The translations under genes and the position numbers were made by a program. From Candidatus Atelocyanobacterium thalassae (GTDB taxonomy: Bacteria; Cyanobacteriota; Cyanobacteriia; Cyanobacteriales; Microcystaceae), in assembly GCA_051971635.1 (NCBI GenBank), contig JBFPLN010000003.1, positions 32,001 to 96,000 on the forward strand: a DNA stretch of 64,000 nt. Direction: 5' to 3'. A model generated the notes under the pieces. The model did not search any database. It had not been told where the DNA came from and saw nothing but the letters and a program-made list of their open reading frames with translations. Below, in pieces: positions 57,073-64,000 of this stretch (position 1 is its first letter; the number at the start of each line of letters is the position of its first letter).

Positions 57073-57963
57073 TTAATAACTACAGTCTTTAATATTACTT
57101 AATTGTATAGTTATTTTATCTATCTCTTTGATTAAATTTGAACCCGAAATATTAGAGTTGTTAGCCAAGACACTAAAAACTATCATGCCAAGGTAAGGAT
57201 GATCTATGTAGCCGGACAAAGCTCTTACATTTCTTAGAGTTCCTGTTTTTGCATAAACATATCCCTGAGCTGAAGTACTTTTCATACGGTGGCGGAGAGT
57301 ACCTATTAATCCAGCAACAGGTAAAGAAGTATAAAAATGTTCTTTGGCAGCAGTATAGTATGTAGCTCGTAAAATAGTAACTAAAGAACGAGGTGTAGCT
57401 ATATTACGGCGAGATAATCCTGAGCCGTCAATTTGACGAAAACTATTAGGAATAACGCCAAGTTTAACTAAAGTATCTTTTGCAGCTTGATGTCCGTTAA
57501 TATATCGAAGTAATGTGTCTGCATAATAATTATTGCTCTTAATATTCGTAATGTTAATCCAAGACTTTAAAGTTTTTGACCCAATTTTTGATTTAGGATT
57601 GAACAATTGCAATGCTGCAGCAGTGGTAAAAATTTTATTGTTAGAAGCGGGAATGAAATATTTATCTGGATTATGACTATATATTATAGTTCCATCTTCT
57701 AATTTCTCTACTAATATTCCCCAATGCTTTTGATGAGAAAAAATAATATTATTTAGTTTTTGATGGATTAAAAGTTTACAGGACTTAGTCTCAGCTTTAT
57801 TAGAATTTTCTTTATATGATTGAATGAACTTTACATTATAATCAGGCAAAGTTTGTCTCTGGGAATATTTTGGCTCACTAGCAAAGCTACTATTAGTCCA
57901 AATAAAGAAAATTATAGCTAGAACAGCTTTTTTTGAAAACAAAAAGAAGTTAGGCGACATCAT
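57073..57963 (-). CDS. dacB: D-Ala-D-Ala carboxypeptidase/endopeptidase (short PBP4, peptidase S13)
   Basis: PASNNK (SxxK), SNN, DGSGLSR, AKTGTL. Confidence 0.9.
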   Translation of the reverse strand: MMSPNFFLFSKKAVLAIIFFIWTNSSFASEPKYSQRQTLPDYNVKFIQSYKENSNKAETKSCKLLIHQKLNNIIFSHQKHWGILVEKLEDGTIIYSHNPDKYFIPASNNKIFTTAAALQLFNPKSKIGSKTLKSWINITNIKSNNYYADTLLRYINGHQAAKDTLVKLGVIPNSFRQIDGSGLSRRNIATPRSLVTILRATYYTAAKEHFYTSLPVAGLIGTLRHRMKSTSAQGYVYAKTGTLRNVRALSGYIDHPYLGMIVFSVLANNSNISGSNLIKEIDKITIQLSNIKDCSY

Positions 57964-58122
57964 AACGATAATTTTTTAGTTATTCATATTAGACTTAAAA
58001 TATTAGAAAAAATTAAAAATTTTTTGTAAGTTAAAGAATACTATGATAATAATCTCTTTTTGATTCCTAATGTAAGTTAAGATTTAAAAAGTGAAACAAA
58101 TATTTTAAGAATATGATAAGTT

Positions 58123-58153
58123 GTTAAACATTTCTATAAGAGAAATGTTTAAC
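58123..58153. repeat. 13-bp perfect inverted repeat between divergent dacB and tsaB
   Basis: gttaaacatttct-ataag-agaaatgtttaac. Confidence 0.7.
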
Positions 58154-58250
58154 TTTATATTTAATTTCTAAATGATAAAAAATCTTTAGTAGAAAAAATG
58201 TAATTAATGAAATATTATTAAACTAACAACTATATAGTAATTTATTTCTT

Positions 58251-58895
58251 ATGATGCGATCAGATTCTTATGCTTGTGGGCTAGGATTACATACTACTAG
58301 TAGTCAGTTAGGACTAAGTTTGAGTAGACAACACCAGGCAAAAAGTACTAGAGTCTGGAATCTTGAACGAAAATTATCAAGTCATTTACATAAGATTTTA
58401 CAAGACTTTATTCAACCACAGAAATGGAAAGATATTGATTTTATTTCTGTAGCAAAAGGTCCAGGAAGTTTTACTGGTACAAGAATAGGTATTACTGCCG
58501 CTCGTACAATAGCTCAACAACTTAAGATTCCTTTATTTAGCATTTCTACGCTAGCAGCATTTGCGTGGTTTCATGCGAACAACAAATTATTTGAAGATTT
58601 CATTGCTATACAAATGGAAGCTTCAAGAGGTCAAGTTTATGGAGCAGTCTATAAAAAAAAATCTAAAGGAAATGGTTTAATTACAGTTATTGATGATACT
58701 GTAATGGAATTGGACAAATGGAAAAAAGTTTTAGAAGATCTGAACTTATCTTGCGAACCTCTAATTGTTACATCAGAGATAGGAGTCACAACTTGTAGCA
58801 TTTTAGAACTGGCAGAATTTGAATGGGAACAAGGTAAACGTCCTCATTTCTCAGAAAGTAAACCATTTTATGGATACTCAAGTATTCCTAAATAG
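58251..58895 (+). CDS. tsaB: tRNA t6A37 biosynthesis protein TsaB
   Basis: LHTTS, VAKGPGSFTGTRIG..ARTIAQ, ASRGQVY, terminal PFY. Confidence 0.92.
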   Translation: MMRSDSYACGLGLHTTSSQLGLSLSRQHQAKSTRVWNLERKLSSHLHKILQDFIQPQKWKDIDFISVAKGPGSFTGTRIGITAARTIAQQLKIPLFSISTLAAFAWFHANNKLFEDFIAIQMEASRGQVYGAVYKKKSKGNGLITVIDDTVMELDKWKKVLEDLNLSCEPLIVTSEIGVTTCSILELAEFEWEQGKRPHFSESKPFYGYSSIPK

Positions 58896-59030
58896 CTAAA
58901 GTTCATAAAATACAAAATTTAGACAAAAAATAAATACTTAGTATCATTCAAAAGCTATAGATACTGGAGTCTCTAATAAGGCTAAGTTTTATGATTATGC
59001 CCTAATTTTCTAAAACATCAAACTAAAATT

Positions 59031-60041
59031 TTGATTTATTATACCTTCTATTTTATGGACAAGAACAACCTTTTACGCTTTATTCCTCCCTGCTTCAGTC
59101 TAGTAGTATTTACTTTGTCCATATGGACTATACAGAATAATTTTCAACACTATCAAGCTGCAAATTTTTGGGATAGTCTATCTAAGATTCCTTCATCTCA
59201 TATTTTTTGGGCAATTATTTGTATGAGTGTTAATTATCTTGTAATGACAGGATATGAATGCCTTGCTCTATCTTATGTTCGTCGAACATTACCATATCGG
59301 AAAAAAATCCTAGTTGGTATTATTTGTTCTGGGATTAGTAATAGCATAGGATTTGCTGTTTTGAGTAGCTGTATGATTCGCTATAGATTTTATTCGACTT
59401 GGGGATTTTCTATGATTACAATTGCACAAATTTCAGCATTCTGTAATCTATCCTTTTGTTTAGGATTATTTAGTATTGGTAGTATTCTTTTCTTAAAAGA
59501 GTCTTTGGCAATTCCTCATTTACTAGATATTCCTTTCCTTTCAGTTCGTCCCTTGGGAATAATCTTTTTAATTATAATTTTTGTTTATTTATTTTTTACG
59601 GTAATTCGTCAAAAACCTTTATTTATAGGAAAATGGGTTATTCCTCATCTTTCTCCTCAATTAGCAATAGGTCAAATAATTGTCTCTAGTTTAGATTGGG
59701 CTCTTGCCGCAATGGTTTTTTATATTCTTTTACAAACTTCAGTATCTTTATCTTATCCTGCTTTTTTTGGAATTTATATGTTGGCTCAGGTAGCAGGATT
59801 AGCTAGTAATGTCCCAGGAGGACTAGGTGTTTTTGAAACAGTAATGATTTTATTACTTGCTCCATTTATTAAATCAGAAGAGTTATTAGGTACTTTATTA
59901 ATTTATCGTGGAATCTATTATTTTATTCCTTTGGGAGTAGCTATTTTACTTTTAGGTAAATACGAATTGAGTAACTTTTTTAATAATAAAAATACTAATA
60001 TTTCCACTTCTTTTTTTAATAAGATAAAAAGTAAACCATAA
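59031..60041 (+). CDS. UPF0104 / lysylphosphatidylglycerol synthase TM (flippase-like) domain protein (start may be 59055)
   Basis: RYRFYS.WG, VSSLDW, SNVPGGLGVFE, YRGIYYFIP; no cytoplasmic synthase domain. Confidence 0.82.
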   Translation: MIYYTFYFMDKNNLLRFIPPCFSLVVFTLSIWTIQNNFQHYQAANFWDSLSKIPSSHIFWAIICMSVNYLVMTGYECLALSYVRRTLPYRKKILVGIICSGISNSIGFAVLSSCMIRYRFYSTWGFSMITIAQISAFCNLSFCLGLFSIGSILFLKESLAIPHLLDIPFLSVRPLGIIFLIIIFVYLFFTVIRQKPLFIGKWVIPHLSPQLAIGQIIVSSLDWALAAMVFYILLQTSVSLSYPAFFGIYMLAQVAGLASNVPGGLGVFETVMILLLAPFIKSEELLGTLLIYRGIYYFIPLGVAILLLGKYELSNFFNNKNTNISTSFFNKIKSKP

Positions 60042-60201
60042 GCATTTTTCTTATATGTGCAAAAAGGAAAATATCCTTAACTATGAATAGAACTACCAGA
60101 AAACTACATACTATAAAAAGTTTACTTTGATTTCTATCCTTAAAAAAATTAATATTTGTACTCTATTTAATAGCTTGTTTAGTACGTTAATAAATAAGAT
60201 A

Positions 60202-61542
60202 CTATTTTAGTTTTAGGCCATATATCATCATATTTTCATCAGCTTCATTTAAAATATTTTCTATTACTTCACTTGGGCCTAAAATTCTCCAGCTACAGTT
60301 TTCAGCTAAATAATTTTGAACAACTTTGCCTATTTGATAAGTGCTATGAGCAGCAATTCCACCTTGTAAAATAGCGCTACTTCCATAAATCTCTATAGCG
60401 ACTGGTTTATCTAATATATTAGTAATCATCATAACTGTTTTACTTATGCTTAATACTAGACCAGTCAAGATTTCACTAAGAAGTAATTTACCAGAACTAA
60501 AAAGGATCTGCAGCCATAATTGTTCTATATTGCGATTAGTAATTGGTAATTTATATAAATGGAGTAAATATCTGACTAAGACTAAATCAATTATTAATCC
60601 TCCAAAAACATCTAAAACAGCAAAAGGGTTAGTAATAATTATCAAAGATTTATATCTTACAAATTTATTAATAGTATATTCAGCATCCTTTGCAAGTATT
60701 TGAATAGTCTTAAGAGCAATGTTTTCTTCAGCTTGTTTTACTTGCAACAAAGCATTTATACATAAAAGATAACGTCCTTCATTATTTAAAACACTTAATA
60801 TTTTATCTCTTAAACTTTCTATTTGAGGAGCTTGAATCTCTGACTCTTCTCTAATTTTTCCATTAAGGTCTCTAACTCTTACAGGTATAGCTTTAGGACA
60901 AGCAGCTACTAATAGTATATCTTGAATATTTATTAATAGTTTCTCCTCAGTCTTAAAATCTTTGCTAATCTCTTGTAATTGCTTATAAATACTAAGACAA
61001 GTTTTTTCTGGATATAAATCAATTTTATTAAATACTAAAATTACAGGCTTTAGTAATTTTCTAAGATACATTAAGGCCCTATATTCAATTTCAATAATAT
61101 CTTCAGAAATTATAAATAGTATTAGATCTGACTCTTCAGCAACTTCTTGAGATATTATTGATTTGTGAATCTCATTTATCTCGTCTAGCCCTGGAGTATC
61201 AATAAACTCTAACATTACCTTACTATCATTAGGAGTCCATCGGAAAGATTTAGGCCACTTTGTAGTTCCATTAACTGGTTCACTATTAAAAACATATTGG
61301 TTAACTAATGCATTAATAATGGCAGATTTACCTCGGTTCACTAATCCGAATATAGCAACTTTAATAACATTATTATTAACTTTTTCCAGTGCTATTTTAA
61401 TTACTTGTAACTCTTTCTTTATAGCTGCTTGTAATGCCAGATTTTTCGGGTAGTTAGATAAGCTACTAGTATACCGAGATAAAGAATCTTGCAGGCTAGC
61501 ATGAGTTTGTTGTATATAAAAATTTTGTTGATCCAAAACCAA
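60202..61542 (-). CDS. Small GTP-binding domain / DUF697 (YcjF-like) protein
   Basis: FGLVNRGKS P-loop, DTPGLDE, NKID; NPF..LD..GG hydrophobic C-terminus; abuts the lpxB stop. Confidence 0.82.
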   Translation of the reverse strand: MVLDQQNFYIQQTHASLQDSLSRYTSSLSNYPKNLALQAAIKKELQVIKIALEKVNNNVIKVAIFGLVNRGKSAIINALVNQYVFNSEPVNGTTKWPKSFRWTPNDSKVMLEFIDTPGLDEINEIHKSIISQEVAEESDLILFIISEDIIEIEYRALMYLRKLLKPVILVFNKIDLYPEKTCLSIYKQLQEISKDFKTEEKLLINIQDILLVAACPKAIPVRVRDLNGKIREESEIQAPQIESLRDKILSVLNNEGRYLLCINALLQVKQAEENIALKTIQILAKDAEYTINKFVRYKSLIIITNPFAVLDVFGGLIIDLVLVRYLLHLYKLPITNRNIEQLWLQILFSSGKLLLSEILTGLVLSISKTVMMITNILDKPVAIEIYGSSAILQGGIAAHSTYQIGKVVQNYLAENCSWRILGPSEVIENILNEADENMMIYGLKLK

Positions 61543-62709
61543 TTACTTCGAAGTATTCTCGTAATGTAAAATCTCGTTAGCTACACGATCACAAACTCCT
61601 GGTTCTCCTAAAAGAAGTCGCATTTCTTTATAATTTGATAATGTTTTTTTGCGACATTCGCTGTCTAGCAATAGTTCTAAAGACTTTTCAACAATATTTT
61701 CTATAGTAGCGTCTTCCTGTAGTAATTCAGGGACTATCTCTTTCATCATAATTAAATTTGGAGGTGACATGAAAGGTATAGAAAATTTAAGAATGTTTCT
61801 AGCGATCCACATAGTTAGAGGATTAACTAAACATAAAACTAGTTGCGGAACATTTAAAAGAGCTAATTCTAAGTTTACAGTTCCTGACTTCGCAATCGCA
61901 AAGTCCGCAGCAGCCATAGCTTCCATTGCACGACCTTCTAATAATGTGATTGATAAGTCATATTCTTTAACTATTTTTTCTATAGTGTCATAATATTCTT
62001 TCAAAGAAACAGGTAATAAAAAGTGAAGTTCTGGAACTTTTTCTTGTAATTTTTGAGCAGCTTTACAAATTAAAGGTAAATGATATCTTAACTCTTGATA
62101 TCTAGAAGCTGGAAATAAGGCAATAACAGGTTTATTAACTTCTAATCCTAACGATTGACGGACTAATTCCTTCGTTGAAGCCTTTTCTATCCTATCTAAT
62201 AAAGGATGACCTACCCATTTAACCTTAATACCTTTTTGTTCAAAGAATCTAGCTTCTTCTGGAAAAATTGCCAGTAAAAGATCAGTTATTTCAGCAAATT
62301 GTTCAATCGTTTTATTATTAGGAGACCAGACCCAAGATTGAGGTGCAATATAGTAAACAATCGGTACTTGAGGTAAATGTTTTCGAACATACTTACCAAG
62401 AGAAACATTAGGCCCCATATAATCTAATAAAACCAAAATATCTGGAGGATTATCTCGTAGGTAAGCTTTTGCTCTATTTTGCATTCTCCAGGTAGGTATA
62501 ATAAAAGGTAATGCTTCTACAATACCAATAGAACCTATAGCTGCTGTATTACCAAGCAAATTAGCACCTGCAGAGAGCATAGCATCACCTCCTAATGCCA
62601 TAATTTCTATGGGGATGTCTTGAGATTTTGCTTGACGATAAAGAGCTTCAATTAACATTGAACCCTGTAAATCACCAGAAACTTCACCTGTACTAACAAA
62701 AATTTTCAT
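61543..62709 (-). CDS. lpxB: Lipid-A-disaccharide synthase
   Basis: STGEVSGD, YYIAPQ.W.W, VGHPL, FPASR, KSGTVNLE, VPELLQ. Confidence 0.96.
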   Translation of the reverse strand: MKIFVSTGEVSGDLQGSMLIEALYRQAKSQDIPIEIMALGGDAMLSAGANLLGNTAAIGSIGIVEALPFIIPTWRMQNRAKAYLRDNPPDILVLLDYMGPNVSLGKYVRKHLPQVPIVYYIAPQSWVWSPNNKTIEQFAEITDLLLAIFPEEARFFEQKGIKVKWVGHPLLDRIEKASTKELVRQSLGLEVNKPVIALFPASRYQELRYHLPLICKAAQKLQEKVPELHFLLPVSLKEYYDTIEKIVKEYDLSITLLEGRAMEAMAAADFAIAKSGTVNLELALLNVPQLVLCLVNPLTMWIARNILKFSIPFMSPPNLIMMKEIVPELLQEDATIENIVEKSLELLLDSECRKKTLSNYKEMRLLLGEPGVCDRVANEILHYENTSK

Positions 62710-62733
62710 TAATTACTTTAATCTCTAACTATT

Positions 62734-63531
62734 TTAATGTTTGCCTGGAATTAATCCACGTCTTTTTTCTCCTGTAACTGATAATTGCAGAAATTGATGT
62801 AGATATTTAGTATATTCATTACTATTAAAAGTTTGTAGCTGCTTTAATACTTGTTGTAAAGTTAAGCCAGAATGATATAACACACGAAATGCTTGCTTAA
62901 GATGACGAATATCTCCAACAGTAAGCCCAGCACGTTTTAATCCGATTAAATTAAGTGACCTTACTCTAGAAGGATTTCCTTCAATCATCATAAAAGGAGG
63001 CGCATCACGATCAATTCTACTCATTCCACCTAACATAGCATTACGACCAATTCTCACAAATTGATGTACTCCTAAAGCTCCACCAACAACAGCTCTAGAT
63101 TCAATATGGACGTGTCCCGCAAGAGACACAGAATTAGCAATAATTATATTATCTTCCAGTAAACAGTTATGAGCAACATGCACATAAGCCATTAGCAAAT
63201 TATTGTTACCGATTTTAGTAACTTCATTGGCGTAAGTCGCACGGTTAATCGTTACAAACTCTCGAATTGTATTTCCATTACCAATTTCAACGCGGCTAGA
63301 ACAATTTTTATATTTTAAGTCTTGCGGAGCCGCACCAATAATTGCGCTAGGAAATATATGGTTATTCAATCCAATTTCTGTTGGACCTTCAATAACTGCA
63401 TGAGAGCCAATAATCGTTTGTGCACCTACTTTAACCTGATCGCCAATGACAGCATAAGGTCCCACTTCAACAGTAGGGTGTAGTTGTGCATTCTTATGAA
63501 TGATAGCTGTGGAATGAATTAGCGTATTCAA
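62734..63531 (-). CDS. lpxA: UDP-GlcNAc O-acyltransferase (TTG start)
   Basis: IHSTA, PQDLKY, IREFVTINR, HVAHNC, VHQFVRIG, LNLIGLKR. Confidence 0.96.
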   Translation of the reverse strand: MNTLIHSTAIIHKNAQLHPTVEVGPYAVIGDQVKVGAQTIIGSHAVIEGPTEIGLNNHIFPSAIIGAAPQDLKYKNCSSRVEIGNGNTIREFVTINRATYANEVTKIGNNNLLMAYVHVAHNCLLEDNIIIANSVSLAGHVHIESRAVVGGALGVHQFVRIGRNAMLGGMSRIDRDAPPFMMIEGNPSRVRSLNLIGLKRAGLTVGDIRHLKQAFRVLYHSGLTLQQVLKQLQTFNSNEYTKYLHQFLQLSVTGEKRRGLIPGKH

Positions 63532-63738
63532 CAGGTTATCTCCCTTTAGATAGATTCATTATTGAATTTAGTTATAAAGTACACAATAAAAGTTTTCAAG
63601 GGAACAGGAAAAGAAGAATTGAGGACATTATTAATGTGACGCAAAATCTTGATTTTGGATTCTAAATTAATAAGTTTTCTAACTATAAATCAATGGAAAA
63701 CATAATTATTAATCAATAAAAATTTTTAAAGATAATTT

Positions 63739-64000
63739 ATGAAGCTTATTTGGAATTTCATTACTCTCTCTTCTTTTTCTCCCAAAATGTGGCTAAAAAC
63801 AAGCTATTGTTATCGTATTGTTGGTTTGTTGAGTAATTGGCAGCAATCTAGTTTCTTACTGCAATGGGCAGAAACTATTGGTGCTTTACTCGTTAGTCTT
63901 ATCTTGACCTTCAGCCCTTTTGTTACTACAGGAGTTATCGGTATATGGCTTGTTTCAATTGCCATATATTGGATCGTATTAATTATTTCTGATAATAAGC
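63739..64000 (+). CDS. ictB: IctB family membrane protein, N-terminal part (runs off window end)
   Basis: Not in ORF track. MKLIWNFITLSS...SYCYRIVGLLSNWQQSSFLLQWAETIGALLVSLILTFSPFV...IISD matches the IctB N-terminus as I recall it. Confidence 0.8.
   Translation, partial: MKLIWNFITLSSFSPKMWLKTSYCYRIVGLLSNWQQSSFLLQWAETIGALLVSLILTFSPFVTTGVIGIWLVSIAIYWIVLIISDNK

Overview
AT-rich, gene-dense chromosomal segment of a unicellular (Chroococcales-type) cyanobacterium. It holds about 52 intact CDSs and one tRNA-Arg(ACG). I saw no transposases, prophage or CRISPR array, and no photosystem or carbon-fixation genes. Content is housekeeping (pyrG, glmU, relA/spoT, lepA, sigA, rplU-rpmA, rimM, coaD, ychF, tsaB), envelope and lipid genes (plsX-fabH-fabD, lpxA-lpxB, dacB, mlaF-mlaD, ictB), isoprenoid genes (crtE, crtP-crtB, hpnH) and diazotroph accessory genes (hupSL, hypD, modA). 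The low GC, very AT-rich spacers, fragmented operons and near absence of HIP1 suggest a reduced-genome N2-fixing symbiont. The best guess is UCYN-A (Ca. Atelocyanobacterium thalassa), with a diatom spheroid body as the alternative; this is inference only. The ORF track misses pyrG (partial), petL, ictB (partial) and the tRNA. The most notable unexplained signals are: (i) many long, near-perfect, mutually unrelated intergenic palindromes, with arms up to 37-41 bp and some copying the 3' ends of genes; (ii) a DUF1517 plus Arg/Ser-tailed lipoprotein operon; (iii) a probable ATT start codon for a STAS protein; (iv) a structured rplU leader; (v) an orphan HicB. I found no clear-cut novel multi-gene system.
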